A stretch of 64,000 nt of DNA from positions 2,066 to 66,065 of the forward strand of contig CAMDLT010000020.1 in the NCBI GenBank assembly GCA_945901855.1. The letters run 5' to 3'. This DNA is from Asaia bogorensis. GTDB lineage: Bacteria; Pseudomonadota; Alphaproteobacteria; CACIAM-22H2. Position 1 is the stretch's first letter, and each line of letters begins with the position of its first letter. The notes beneath the pieces were generated by a model. It saw only the letters and a list, made by a program, of their open reading frames with translations, searched no databases and was not told the DNA's origin. The position numbers and the translations under genes were made by a program. Below are positions 37,273-47,394 of the stretch, piece after piece.

Positions 37273-38259
37273 ATGATCGCATTCATCATCCAACGTTTGC
37301 TGCAGGCCGTACTGGTCATGATGGCGGTCGGCTTCGTAGCTTTTTCGTTGTTCGCCTATGTCGGCGATCCCGTGTCAATCATGTTGGGCCAGGATTTCAC
37401 CGAAGAGGCGCGCATCCGCCTCGTGCGCGATCTTGGCCTCGATCAGCCGTTTTTCGTCCAGTATTTCAATTTTCTCGGCAAGGCGGTGCAGGGCGAATTC
37501 GGCATTTCGTACCGCTTGGCGCGCCCGGTCTCGGATTTGCTGATGGAACGCCTGCCGGCCACGCTCGAACTGTCGCTTTGCGCTGCGGTTCTGGCCTTGG
37601 CGGTCGGCGTGCCGATGGGCGTCTATACCGGCCTCAACCGCGACACTTGGTTGTCGCGGCTGATGCTGACGGTGAGCCTGGTGGGCGTGTCGTTGCCCAC
37701 CTTTCTGATCGGTATTTTGCTGATTCTGGTCTTCTCGGTGCTGCTCGGGTGGCTGCCGTCGTTCGGGCGCGGGACGACCGTGGCACTCGGCTGGTGGACA
37801 ACGGGCTTCCTGACGCCCACCGGGATCCGCGCCCTGATCCTGCCGTCGATTACGCTCGCCTTGTTCCAGATGACGCTGATCATGCGGCTGGTGCGCTCGG
37901 AGATGCTCGAGGTGCTGCGAACGGATTACATCAAATTCGCGCGGGCGCGCGGGCTATCGAACCGCGCCATCAATTTCGGCCACGCGCTCAAGAACACGCT
38001 GGTGCCTGTCATCACGATCACGGGCTTGCAGCTCGGCGGCATCATCGCCTTCGCGATCGTGACCGAAACCGTGTTCCAGTGGCCCGGCATGGGCTTCTTG
38101 TTCATCCAGTCGGTGTCGGCCGCCGACGTGCCTGTGATGGCTGCCTATCTGATTCTGATCGCGTTCTTCTTCGTTCTTATCAACCTGATTGTCGATCTGC
38201 TGTACTACGCCGTCGATCCGCGCTTGCGCATCGATCGCGGAACGGCGGGCGGCCATTGA
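37273..38259 (+). CDS. ABC transporter permease (DppB-like)
   Basis: 328 aa. Typical N-terminus MIAFIIQRLLQAVLVMMAV.. and ending ..AVDPRLRI. Confidence 0.85.
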   Translation: MIAFIIQRLLQAVLVMMAVGFVAFSLFAYVGDPVSIMLGQDFTEEARIRLVRDLGLDQPFFVQYFNFLGKAVQGEFGISYRLARPVSDLLMERLPATLELSLCAAVLALAVGVPMGVYTGLNRDTWLSRLMLTVSLVGVSLPTFLIGILLILVFSVLLGWLPSFGRGTTVALGWWTTGFLTPTGIRALILPSITLALFQMTLIMRLVRSEMLEVLRTDYIKFARARGLSNRAINFGHALKNTLVPVITITGLQLGGIIAFAIVTETVFQWPGMGFLFIQSVSAADVPVMAAYLILIAFFFVLINLIVDLLYYAVDPRLRIDRGTAGGH

Positions 38260-38276
38260 TCGGGAAGGAACCTGCA

Positions 38277-39188
38277 ATGGACGCCATTCGCCGCTTGGTC
38301 GACAGCGACATCTTCTACAGCTTCAGCAAATCGCCTGTCATCATCGTGGCGGCGATCGTGACGGTCGTCTTTTTTGCAGGCGCCGTGTTTGCGCCCTTTT
38401 TGGCGCCTCAAAACCCTTTCGATCTGCGTCAGCTCAATTTGATGGACTCCTCGCTGCCGCCCGCGTGGACCGCCGAGGGTGTCGCCAAATATCCGCTCGG
38501 CACCGACACCCAAGGGCGCGATGTTTTCTCCACCATCCTGTTCGGCAGCCGCATATCTTTGCTGGTTGGCATTCTGTCGGTCGTATTTGCGATGGTGCTT
38601 GGCATCGCGCTTGGACTGCTCGCGGGCTACATGGGCGGCACGGTTGATGCCCTGATCATGCGGGTGGCCGACGTGCAACTCTCGTTTCCCGCCATTCTGA
38701 TCGCGTTGTTGATCGACGGCGTGGCGCGCGTGGTTATCCCGCGCGAGATGCACCACGAGATAGCAATCTACGTGCTGATTTTGGCGATCGGATTTTCGGG
38801 CTGGGTTCAGTACGCGCGCACGGTGCGCGGTTCCTGCATGGTCGAGAAAAGCAAGGAATACGTGCAAGCCGCGCGCGTGATCGGCCGCCATCCGGTGGCG
38901 ATCATGCTCAAACACGTGCTGCCCAACGTGCTGGGGCCCGTGCTGGTCATTGCCACGATCCATCTGGCGCTTGCGATCATCACGGAAGCAACGCTCTCGT
39001 TCCTGGGCGTGGGCGTGCCGCCGACGGAGCCGTCGCTCGGAACGCTGATCCGCATCGGTAACAACTATCTGTTTTCGGGCGAATGGTGGATCACCGTTTT
39101 TCCGGGTCTTGCCCTCGTGATTATGGTTCTTGCGGTGAATCTGCTGGGCGACTGGCTGCGCGACGCTCTCAACCCGAAACTGCGCTAG
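38277..39188 (+). CDS. ABC transporter permease (DppC-like)
   Basis: Trimmed from ORF 37578-39188 to ATG 38277. Motifs ..PLGTDTQGRDVFS.. and the ending ..GDWLRDALNPKLR. Confidence 0.85.
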   Translation: MDAIRRLVDSDIFYSFSKSPVIIVAAIVTVVFFAGAVFAPFLAPQNPFDLRQLNLMDSSLPPAWTAEGVAKYPLGTDTQGRDVFSTILFGSRISLLVGILSVVFAMVLGIALGLLAGYMGGTVDALIMRVADVQLSFPAILIALLIDGVARVVIPREMHHEIAIYVLILAIGFSGWVQYARTVRGSCMVEKSKEYVQAARVIGRHPVAIMLKHVLPNVLGPVLVIATIHLALAIITEATLSFLGVGVPPTEPSLGTLIRIGNNYLFSGEWWITVFPGLALVIMVLAVNLLGDWLRDALNPKLR

Positions 39189-39196
39189 AGGTGGGC

Positions 39197-40195
39197 ATGC
39201 AAACGCGTTCCGATAGGCCGCTGCTGGAAGTCAAAAATCTGCGCGTCGAGTTCCCGACGCGCCGCGGCACGCTCGTGGCAGTCGACGATATCTCGTTTTC
39301 GATCGCGCCCGGCGAAGTGCTCGGCGTTGTCGGCGAATCGGGTGCCGGCAAGTCGCTGACCGGTGCCGCAATCATCGGCTTGCTCGAGCCGCCGGGCCGG
39401 ATTGCGGGCGGAGAAATTCTGCTCGACGGCCAGCGTATCGACAATCTGCCGTACGAGAAGATGCGCCGCATTCGCGGAAAAGAGATCGGTGCGGTGTTCC
39501 AGGACCCGCTGACATCGCTCAATCCGCTTTACACGGTCGGCCGCCAGATCGTCGAAACGATCATGACGCATCTCGATATGTCGGAATCTCAGGCGCGCGA
39601 TCGCGCGATCGGCCTGTTGCAAGACGTCGGCATTCCGGCCCCCGATCGCCGCATCGACCACTATCCGCATCAGTTTTCGGGCGGCATGCGCCAGCGCGTG
39701 GTGATTGCGCTGGCGTTGTGCGCCAATCCGCGCTTGATCGTCGCCGACGAGCCCACCACGGCGCTCGACGTGTCCATCCAGGCGCAGATCATCACGCTGA
39801 TCAAGCGGCTGTGCCGCGAAAACGGCACGGCGGTGATGCTGGTCACGCACGACATGGGTGTAATTGCCGAAACGGCGGACCGCGTGGCAGTCATGTATGC
39901 GGGCCGTATCGCCGAAATTGGCCCGGTGCGCGACGTGATCCAGCGCGCCAAGCATCCCTATACCGACGGGCTTATGGGCTCCATCCCGAAGCTTGGCAAT
40001 GCGCCTGCGCGCCTCGCGCAGATTGACGGCGCCATGCCGCGTTTGACGGCGATCCCCAAAGGCTGCGCGTTCAATCCGCGCTGCGCGAAAAAATTCGAAC
40101 CCTGCACGCAACTGCGCCCTGATCCGATCTCGGTCGAGGGCACCGATGTTGCGTGCTGGCTTTACGACCGGACCAAAAAGGCGGCTGCCGAATGA
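39197..40195 (+). CDS. ABC transporter ATP-binding protein (DppD/OppD-like)
   Basis: Trimmed to ATG 39197. Walker A GESGAGKS, signature FSGGMRQR, and a C-terminal oligopeptide-type extension with a Cys pattern. Confidence 0.9.
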   Translation: MQTRSDRPLLEVKNLRVEFPTRRGTLVAVDDISFSIAPGEVLGVVGESGAGKSLTGAAIIGLLEPPGRIAGGEILLDGQRIDNLPYEKMRRIRGKEIGAVFQDPLTSLNPLYTVGRQIVETIMTHLDMSESQARDRAIGLLQDVGIPAPDRRIDHYPHQFSGGMRQRVVIALALCANPRLIVADEPTTALDVSIQAQIITLIKRLCRENGTAVMLVTHDMGVIAETADRVAVMYAGRIAEIGPVRDVIQRAKHPYTDGLMGSIPKLGNAPARLAQIDGAMPRLTAIPKGCAFNPRCAKKFEPCTQLRPDPISVEGTDVACWLYDRTKKAAAE

Positions 40196-41256
40196 ACGAC
40201 CAATCCGCAAAGTCGTCGCAGACGTTGGTCGTCGCCAAGGGGCTGGCGCGCTATTTCGACGTCTCGAAGCCGTTATTGAATCGCCTGCTTGAAAAATTGC
40301 CGCGCCAGACGCTGCGCGCGGTCGACGGTGTGGATTTCACGATCGACAAAGGCGAAACGCTGTCTTTCGTGGGCGAGTCTGGCTGCGGGAAATCCACGCT
40401 GGCGCGCCTTGTCGTCGGGCTTTATCCGCCGTCGCGCGGCACGATGGAGTTCGACGGCACGGACATGGCGAAGCTCGGTTCGGCGGCGGATGCTGGCCTC
40501 ATCCGCAAGCGCTTCCAGATGATCTTTCAGGACCCCTATGCCAGCCTCAATCCGCGCTGGCGCGTCGGAAAAATTATCGCCGAACCCATCGTCGTGCACG
40601 GGCTGATGCGCGATCGGACGGAGATCCGCAAGCGTGTGGACGAGCTGTTGCGTCAGGTCGGTCTGGCGCCGGCCGACCAGGAGAAATTTCCGCACGAATT
40701 TTCCGGCGGCCAGCGCCAACGCATTTCCATCGCGCGCGCTTTGTCGTCGAACCCCGAATTCTTGGTCTGCGATGAGCCGACCTCGGCGCTCGACGTGTCG
40801 GTACAGGCGCAGATTCTGAATTTGATGAAGGATCTGCAGCGCGAGTTGGGCCTGACCTACTTGTTCATCAGCCACAATCTGGCGGTCGTCTATTACATCT
40901 CCGACCGCGTGGGCGTCATGTATCTTGGCAAGCTTGTCGAGATCGCAGACGTCAAGACGCTGTTCTCGCGCCCGGTACATCCCTACACGCGCATGCTGCT
41001 GGACGCGATTCCCGATCTCGACATGTCGGGGCGGCCGCGCACGCCGGTGGCAGGCGAAGTGCCCAACCCGATCAATCCGCCATCGGGTTGCACGTTCCAT
41101 CCGCGCTGTCCGCACGCAAACGACCGTTGCCGCGCGGAAGCGCCGGTTGCCAAACGCGTCATGACCGGTGCGGTTGTGGCGTGCCACGCGGCCGAAGAAG
41201 GGCGTTTGCCGGACGTCGTGCGCAGCGCCGCAGCGCCGCCAAACCCGCTGCAATAA
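40192..41256 (+). CDS. ABC transporter ATP-binding protein (DppF/OppF-like)
   Basis: ATG 40192 overlaps the upstream stop (ATGA). Walker A GESGCGKST and signature FSGGQRQR. Confidence 0.9.
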   Translation: MNDQSAKSSQTLVVAKGLARYFDVSKPLLNRLLEKLPRQTLRAVDGVDFTIDKGETLSFVGESGCGKSTLARLVVGLYPPSRGTMEFDGTDMAKLGSAADAGLIRKRFQMIFQDPYASLNPRWRVGKIIAEPIVVHGLMRDRTEIRKRVDELLRQVGLAPADQEKFPHEFSGGQRQRISIARALSSNPEFLVCDEPTSALDVSVQAQILNLMKDLQRELGLTYLFISHNLAVVYYISDRVGVMYLGKLVEIADVKTLFSRPVHPYTRMLLDAIPDLDMSGRPRTPVAGEVPNPINPPSGCTFHPRCPHANDRCRAEAPVAKRVMTGAVVACHAAEEGRLPDVVRSAAAPPNPLQ

Positions 41257-41294
41257 AGCTGTCGCGTTTTGCAGTTGCTGCGCAGCGGCGACGC

Positions 41295-42497
41295 TCAGAC
41301 GGGGCGGGTCGGAAAGCCTGCTCCGTTGAGCGCTTCGATCAGCCGCGTGCCGTGCGTGCGCTCGATGACTTCGACCGTCGTTTCGATCACGACGCTTTTG
41401 GCGGATTTTTCGTTGAAGATCCGCTGATGCTCGATTTCGATGATGTTGCCCCCGCCGTCGCCGATCCGGCGTGCCACTTCCGCCAAAGCGCCAGGACGGT
41501 CGGCAATGTCGACTTCCAGGCGCAGCAAACGCCCGTCGCGCGCAAGGCCGCGCAGCAGTACGCTTGAGAGCACGCGCGTGTCGATATTGCCGCCGCAGAG
41601 CACCATGCCGATGCGTCGGCCCTTGAAGCGGTCGCGATGCGCCAAAATTGCCGCCAAGCCGGCGGCGCCCGCCCCTTCGGCAACGGTTTTTTCGATTTCA
41701 ATCAGCAGCACGATCGCGCGCTCGACCTCAAGTTCGTCGACGACGAGCACTTCGCGAACGTCGCGTTCGATCGTGGGCCAGCATTCGGCGCCGATTTCGG
41801 CAACCGCAATCCCTTCGGCAATGGTTGTCCCGCCGGTGCGCGCGGGTTGGCCCGCTTTGCGCTGGGCCGCCGCCGCAAATGACGCGACCTCGACGCCGTA
41901 GATATCGATGCTCGGCTTGATCGACTTGGCGGCAATGGTACAGCCCGCGATCATGCCGCCGCCGCCGACCGGGATCACCAAAGCGTCGAGATCGGGCCAG
42001 TCGGCGAGCATTTCCAAAGCGAGCGTTCCTTGGCCCGCGATGATGGCTGCATCGTCGTACGGATGGACAAAGACGAGCCCTTCGCGTTTGGCGAGGTCGC
42101 GGGCAAAGGCGGCGGCTTCGGCTAATGTCTCGCCCTCGAGCACGACTTTGGCGCCGTGATGGCGCGTTGCGGCGATCTTCGCGTTGGGCGTTATCTTGGG
42201 CATCACGATCGTGGCCGCAATGCCGAGACGCTTGGCATGGTACGCGACCGCTTGCGCGTGGTTTCCTGCCGACATGGCGATAACGCCGCGCTCGCGTTCG
42301 CCCGCATCGAGCTGCAGCAGTTTGTTGAGCGCACCCCGTTCTTTGAAGGACGAAATGAACTGCAGATTTTCGAATTTGATCCAGAGCTCGCAACCCGCGA
42401 TCTTCGACAGCGTGCCGCTATAGATCGTGGGCGTGCGCAGCACTTGGCCTTCGATGCGGGCCGCAGCTGTACGAATGTCGGCAGCGCTCACGGACAT
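41295..42497 (-). CDS. threonine ammonia-lyase (PLP-dependent, single ACT-like C-terminal domain)
   Basis: 400 aa. PLP-Lys motif ..FISSFKERGA.. and ..SAGNHAQAVA... The C-terminal regulatory domain is about 80 aa. Confidence 0.8.
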   Translation of the reverse strand: MSVSAADIRTAAARIEGQVLRTPTIYSGTLSKIAGCELWIKFENLQFISSFKERGALNKLLQLDAGERERGVIAMSAGNHAQAVAYHAKRLGIAATIVMPKITPNAKIAATRHHGAKVVLEGETLAEAAAFARDLAKREGLVFVHPYDDAAIIAGQGTLALEMLADWPDLDALVIPVGGGGMIAGCTIAAKSIKPSIDIYGVEVASFAAAAQRKAGQPARTGGTTIAEGIAVAEIGAECWPTIERDVREVLVVDELEVERAIVLLIEIEKTVAEGAGAAGLAAILAHRDRFKGRRIGMVLCGGNIDTRVLSSVLLRGLARDGRLLRLEVDIADRPGALAEVARRIGDGGGNIIEIEHQRIFNEKSAKSVVIETTVEVIERTHGTRLIEALNGAGFPTRPV

Positions 42498-42499
42498 GG

Positions 42500-43933
42500 C
42501 TATTTGCGCCCGTAGCTGTCTTCAAGGCGCACGATATCGTCCTCGCCCAAATAGCCGCCCGACTGCACTTCGATGATATGCAGTATTTCGGTACCCGGGT
42601 TCTCCAGCCGGTGCACGCAGCCGACCGGAATGTAGGTGGACATGTTCTCGCGCAGGACAAGCGTATCGTCGTCGCGCGTGACGCGCGCAACGCCGCTTAC
42701 CACCACCCAGTGTTCCGCGCGCTGGGCATGCTTCTGCAGCGAAATTTTGGCGCCCGGTTTTACGGTCAGGCGCTTGACCTGGAAGCGCGGTCCCATGTCG
42801 ATGCTTTGGTAGCTGCCCCAGGGGCGGTGGACCACGACATGCGATGTCGCTTCGCTGCGCTGGTCGGCCTTCAGCCGATCGACGATCTTTTTGACGTCTT
42901 GGGCGCGGTCGCGGTTGGCGACCATGACGACGTCGCGCGTCGCGATCACGACCAGATCCTCGACCCCGACGGCCGTCAGCAGTTTGTATTCGCTGCGCAG
43001 ATAGGAATTGCGCGTGTCGTTGGCAACGACGTCGCCGACCAGCACGTTGCCGTCGGAATCGCGCGGGCCCAAATCCCACAGCGCATTCCAAGCGCCCACG
43101 TCCGACCAGCCCAGCGCTGCCGGAACGACCGCCGACAGGCGCGTGCGTTCCATGACGGCATAGTCGATCGACTTGGACGGAGCGGCCGCAAAAATCTCCT
43201 TGTCCAGCCGCACGAAATCCAAATCGCGCGCGGCTTGTTCCACCGACTTTGCGGCGGCGGCGGCGATGGCGGGTTCGAACTGGGCAAGTTCGGTAAGGAA
43301 CGTGCGCGCCGAAAACAGAAACATGCCCGAATTCCAGCTCCATCCGCCTTCCGCGAGATAGGCTTTGGCCGTTGCCAGGTCGGGCTTTTCAACGAAGCGC
43401 GCGACGGCGTATGCGCCGACCGGTGCGGCCATTGCAGCGCCCCGTTTGATGTAGCCATACCCTGTTTCGGGAGCGGACGGATCGATCCCGAAGGTCACCA
43501 AGCGGCCCGCAGCGACAGCCTGCTGCGCGGTCGCTACGGCCGCCGCGAACGCCGCGACATCGCCGACAACGTGGTCCGAGGGCAGCAGCATCATCGTCTC
43601 GTCCGGCTGCAGCAAGGCGGCCGCCGCGGCTGCCGCCGGTGCCGTGTTGCGGCCGACAGGTTCGAGGACGATCGCGCGCGGCACGATGCCAATCTCGCGC
43701 AGCTGTTCGGCGATGATAAATCGATGCTCTTCGTTGCACACCACGATGGGCGCGCCGAATGGACCCCCGCTGGCGCGCAGGGCCGTTTCCTGGATCATCG
43801 TCTTGGTGCCAGTCAGCGGCAGTAGCTGCTTGGGGTAAAGTTCGCGCGACAAAGGCCACAGGCGCGTTCCGGCACCGCCCGAAAGGATAATGGGAACGAT
43901 CGGTTGGAACATCGATAAAACCTCTTGCTGCAA
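42500..43933 (-). CDS. manC: mannose-1-phosphate guanylyltransferase / mannose-6-phosphate isomerase (type II PMI-GMP)
   Basis: The N-terminal nucleotidyltransferase motif ILSGGAGTRLWPLSR is combined with a C-terminal cupin (..KPGAKISLQKHAQRAEHWVVVSG..). The start could be ATG 43912. Confidence 0.85.
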   Translation of the reverse strand: MQQEVLSMFQPIVPIILSGGAGTRLWPLSRELYPKQLLPLTGTKTMIQETALRASGGPFGAPIVVCNEEHRFIIAEQLREIGIVPRAIVLEPVGRNTAPAAAAAAALLQPDETMMLLPSDHVVGDVAAFAAAVATAQQAVAAGRLVTFGIDPSAPETGYGYIKRGAAMAAPVGAYAVARFVEKPDLATAKAYLAEGGWSWNSGMFLFSARTFLTELAQFEPAIAAAAAKSVEQAARDLDFVRLDKEIFAAAPSKSIDYAVMERTRLSAVVPAALGWSDVGAWNALWDLGPRDSDGNVLVGDVVANDTRNSYLRSEYKLLTAVGVEDLVVIATRDVVMVANRDRAQDVKKIVDRLKADQRSEATSHVVVHRPWGSYQSIDMGPRFQVKRLTVKPGAKISLQKHAQRAEHWVVVSGVARVTRDDDTLVLRENMSTYIPVGCVHRLENPGTEILHIIEVQSGGYLGEDDIVRLEDSYGRK

Positions 43934-43966
43934 GATTGCCTAGCTAGCGCATTTGGGCGGCGCGGG

Positions 43967-44791
43967 CTAGGGGCGCCGTGCCAACCGTGTCTGCAAGGCG
44001 TCGGCGAGCAAGTTTATTGCCGAAACCGTAATCAAGATGGCCAAGCCCGGCCATAGCGCCAGCCAAGGCGCCTGCCAGATCGTCTCCTGGGCATTGGTCA
44101 GCATATTGCCCCAACTGGCCGCGGGCGGCTGAGTTCCGAGTCCGAGGAACGATAGCACGCTCTCGTACAGGATGGTGCCGCCTGCCGACAGGGCCGTTGC
44201 AACCAGCAGCGGCCCGGCACAACTGGGCAAAATATGAAGCACCATGATACGCGTAGGCCGTGCGCCAAGTGCCGTGGCGGCGCGCACAAAATCGCGATTG
44301 ACGAGTGCCAGCGCCGTTGCGCGCACAAGGCGCGCGACCTTTGGCCAGCCAAATAGGGCCACGATCGCGACAATTCGCCATATACCGCCTTCGCCCGCCG
44401 ATACGATGCCGAGTTTGCCAAGATCGATGGCCGCGAGCACAATCAGCACCGGCAAAACAGGCAACGACAGTACCGCGTCGGTTGCGCGCATCAAGACGTC
44501 GTCGACCGCGCCGCCCAACGTGCCTGCGACCAGCCCGACCAGCGTGCCAACGGCCGCCGCCGCGAGGGCTGCCGCAATGCCGACCAGCAGCGAGACCCGC
44601 GCGCCATAGACCAGCCGCAGCGCCACGTCGCGGCCAAGCTCGTCGGTGCCAAGCGGATGCAGGAGGCTCGGTGCCGCATAGCGTTTGGCAAGATCGATCG
44701 CATCCGGGTCGGCATCGGCGAGCGGCACCAAGGCGGCTGCGGCGACCAGCATCGCCAGCAGGATTGCAGCGACGGCCGTTTGGACCTTCAT
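43967..44791 (-). CDS. ABC transporter permease (DppC-like)
   Basis: Trimmed from the 613-aa ORF to ATG 44791, which overlaps the upstream stop. Motif ..PLGTDELGRDV.. and the EAA-like region ..AATALGARPTRIMVLHILP.. Confidence 0.85.
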   Translation of the reverse strand: MKVQTAVAAILLAMLVAAAALVPLADADPDAIDLAKRYAAPSLLHPLGTDELGRDVALRLVYGARVSLLVGIAAALAAAAVGTLVGLVAGTLGGAVDDVLMRATDAVLSLPVLPVLIVLAAIDLGKLGIVSAGEGGIWRIVAIVALFGWPKVARLVRATALALVNRDFVRAATALGARPTRIMVLHILPSCAGPLLVATALSAGGTILYESVLSFLGLGTQPPAASWGNMLTNAQETIWQAPWLALWPGLAILITVSAINLLADALQTRLARRP

Positions 44792-45741
44792 CGCAGACTG
44801 ACGCGCGGATCGAGGAGCGCACAGACAAGATCGGCCGCAAAATTCGCGACCACGACAAGGGCGGCGGCCATCAACAAGCAGACGAGCGCGAGGTTGAAAT
44901 CGCTGCCTAGAATGGCGTCGTAGATCAGCTTGCCCATGCCGGGATACGCAAAGATCGTCTCCGTCACCAGAGCGCCCGAAAACAGCCCGCCAAAGCCGAG
45001 GGCCGCAACGGTTGCGACTGGAATCGTGGCGTTGCGAAACACATGCCCCCACAGCACGCGGGCGGGCGAAGCGCCTTTTGCCCGTGCGGTGCGCACCCAA
45101 TCCTGGGCAAGCGCCTCGCTGGCCGCTGCGCGCATATGGCGCGCATATTCGCCGACTTCCACCAGGGCCAAGGTCGCGACCGGCAAAATCAGTCCGAGCG
45201 CGCGTGCCGCAAACCCGGATTCGCCGGGCGGCGGAAGCGCGCTCGCCGGCAGCCAGCCAAGCACTACGGCAAACACGATAATCAGCATCAGTCCGAGCCA
45301 AAAAGACGGGGTTGCAGCCGATACGAACGCAAAGCTGTTGATGGCGCTGTCGATTGCGGTGCCGCGGCGGGCCGCCGCCGCGAGACCCAATGGAATGCCG
45401 AGCAGCAAGGCGAATGCGAATGCGACGAGCATCAGCAAGGCCGTGTTTGCAAATGCCGACGCAAGTGCCGCCAAAACGGGCTTCGAGTAAAGGCGGCTGT
45501 AGCCAAAATCGCCCTGCATTGCCGCCAGCGCCCAATCGGCATAGCGCGACAGGATCGGCCGGTCGATGCCGTAGAGTTCGCGCAGGCGCTTGATGTCGTC
45601 CGGCGTGATCTGCGGATTGCCGGACGCCATCAGATCGATCGGATCGCCCGGCATCAGACCCAACAAAACATAGATTGCAAAACTCGCGGCAACCAGCACG
45701 AGCAGTCCTTGCAGTGCGCGCGCGAGCGCAAAACGCATCAT
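44788..45741 (-). CDS. ABC transporter permease (DppB-like)
   Basis: Trimmed from the 641-aa ORF to ATG 45741 (MMRFALARALQGLLVLVAASF..), which overlaps the SBP stop. It ends ..LLDPRVSLR. Confidence 0.85.
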   Translation of the reverse strand: MMRFALARALQGLLVLVAASFAIYVLLGLMPGDPIDLMASGNPQITPDDIKRLRELYGIDRPILSRYADWALAAMQGDFGYSRLYSKPVLAALASAFANTALLMLVAFAFALLLGIPLGLAAAARRGTAIDSAINSFAFVSAATPSFWLGLMLIIVFAVVLGWLPASALPPPGESGFAARALGLILPVATLALVEVGEYARHMRAAASEALAQDWVRTARAKGASPARVLWGHVFRNATIPVATVAALGFGGLFSGALVTETIFAYPGMGKLIYDAILGSDFNLALVCLLMAAALVVVANFAADLVCALLDPRVSLR

Positions 45742-47390
45742 TTCGAATGCCAGTGCTCGACGCGCATGCTGGACTGGTACTGGTGCCCGGTCGGCTCGAT
45801 ACCGCCAAGCCATTTGGGAATCACGAACGCGTCGGCGCGGAAGAACAGCGGCATGACCCAGGCTTCGGCCGCATAAATCTCTTGCATGCGCGCCCACATG
45901 CCGACGCGTTTTGCCGGATCGAGCTCGCGCTCGATCGCGTCGATCAGCCGGTCCATCTCGTCGCTGCGAATGCCGGGCTGATTCTGCCCGGCCCAATTGT
46001 TTGCGGCTGTCGGAATGCTTTCCGAGTGCAGTGTGGTGCGCGGCACCGATTGGGGGGCGGATATCCAAGCATACATCGCCAGCTGGAACTTCCGCTGGCG
46101 AATCGTTTCGCCGAAGAATACGCGCGCCGGCTCGTTTTTGATGCGCACTTCGATGCCCGCGCGACGCCATTGCGCCTGCAGCACTTGCTGGACGGTCTCG
46201 CGGATTCGGTTGCCCGAAGTCGTGCCGAATTCGAACGACAGGCGCTCGCCCGCCGCATTTTGGCGCACGCCGTTGACGATGCGGTCGTAGCCTGCCGCCG
46301 CCAGCAGCGCTTGCGCTTGGGCAAGATCGAACGGGTAGGCGGCGATGCTTGCGGCATAGCCCGCGTCTTTGGGGTTGAGGAAGGAGGCGGCAACCGGCTG
46401 CTTCCCCTCGAAAAGCTGGCGCACCAGCGTTTCGCGGTCGCTTGCAAGAATGAGGGCGCGACGGACGCGCCGGTCTTTGAAGGGCGGCAGATCGAGATTG
46501 AGATCGATATGCTCGTAGATCAGGCTCGGCAGATACTGAAAATCGTAGCGCGCCGCATGGCGTTTTTCGAGCGCTAGCGCCTGGTCGAGCGTGAAGCCGA
46601 GTTCGCCAGCGACATAGTCGACGCTGCCCGACAGGAGATTCGCTTCGAGAGCGGCCGTATTTTCGATCGTGCGGACGACGATACGTTTGAAGTGCGGCGC
46701 CTTGCCATGCCACTGCCCGTTGGGCACCAGCATGACCGCAGCCCCTTGCTGCACCTCGGCAATGCGGTAGGGGCCATTGAACAAGGCGGGGTTGGTCGGC
46801 TCCGTATCGAACAGCGTGCGGCGCCGGTAGGTTTCGGGATCGCTGTCGAAGAGCGCGCGTTCGAGATGGTCGGGCAGGAATTCGAACTGGTTGAATTCGT
46901 TGTAGTTGAAGGCGACGCGGTCCTGGGTAAACACGGCCGTGCGTTCGTCGCGCGCTTCGACCTTCAAGATGCGCCGATAGGCTTCACCCGACGCGGCACC
47001 CGAGCGCGGATGTTTGCCCACATCCCACGCCAGGATCGCGTCGCGCGGCGTGACGGGCATGCCGTCGCCCCATTTGACGCCTTCGACAAGCCGAAACGCG
47101 ATCTCGACGCCTTCTTTGCCGTCGGGCAGCGGCACGCGTTTGGCTCCGCCATTTTCGAATGTCGGCAGCGTCTCGCACAAAACGCAGACGAGCCGCCAAT
47201 CCTTGTCGTAGGTCGTCAAGGGCCGCCTCGCCATGTTCAGCACATAGGATTTGGCGGCCATCGAATCGAACATCGGATGCAGCGTGGAGGGGAACTGCGT
47301 GATGCCAATATTGAGCGTGTCGCGCGGCTGGGCGCCAACTTGGCCCATCGCCGCCAGCGCCAAAACGGCTCCCAGCAGGAGTCCCCGCAT
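45738..47390 (-). CDS. ABC transporter substrate-binding protein, family 5
   Basis: Trimmed from the 653-aa ORF to ATG 47390. It has a signal peptide (MRGLLLGAVLALAAMGQVGAQ) and is collinear with family-5 SBPs. Confidence 0.85.
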   Translation of the reverse strand: MRGLLLGAVLALAAMGQVGAQPRDTLNIGITQFPSTLHPMFDSMAAKSYVLNMARRPLTTYDKDWRLVCVLCETLPTFENGGAKRVPLPDGKEGVEIAFRLVEGVKWGDGMPVTPRDAILAWDVGKHPRSGAASGEAYRRILKVEARDERTAVFTQDRVAFNYNEFNQFEFLPDHLERALFDSDPETYRRRTLFDTEPTNPALFNGPYRIAEVQQGAAVMLVPNGQWHGKAPHFKRIVVRTIENTAALEANLLSGSVDYVAGELGFTLDQALALEKRHAARYDFQYLPSLIYEHIDLNLDLPPFKDRRVRRALILASDRETLVRQLFEGKQPVAASFLNPKDAGYAASIAAYPFDLAQAQALLAAAGYDRIVNGVRQNAAGERLSFEFGTTSGNRIRETVQQVLQAQWRRAGIEVRIKNEPARVFFGETIRQRKFQLAMYAWISAPQSVPRTTLHSESIPTAANNWAGQNQPGIRSDEMDRLIDAIERELDPAKRVGMWARMQEIYAAEAWVMPLFFRADAFVIPKWLGGIEPTGHQYQSSMRVEHWHSK

Positions 47391-47394
47391 GGCG

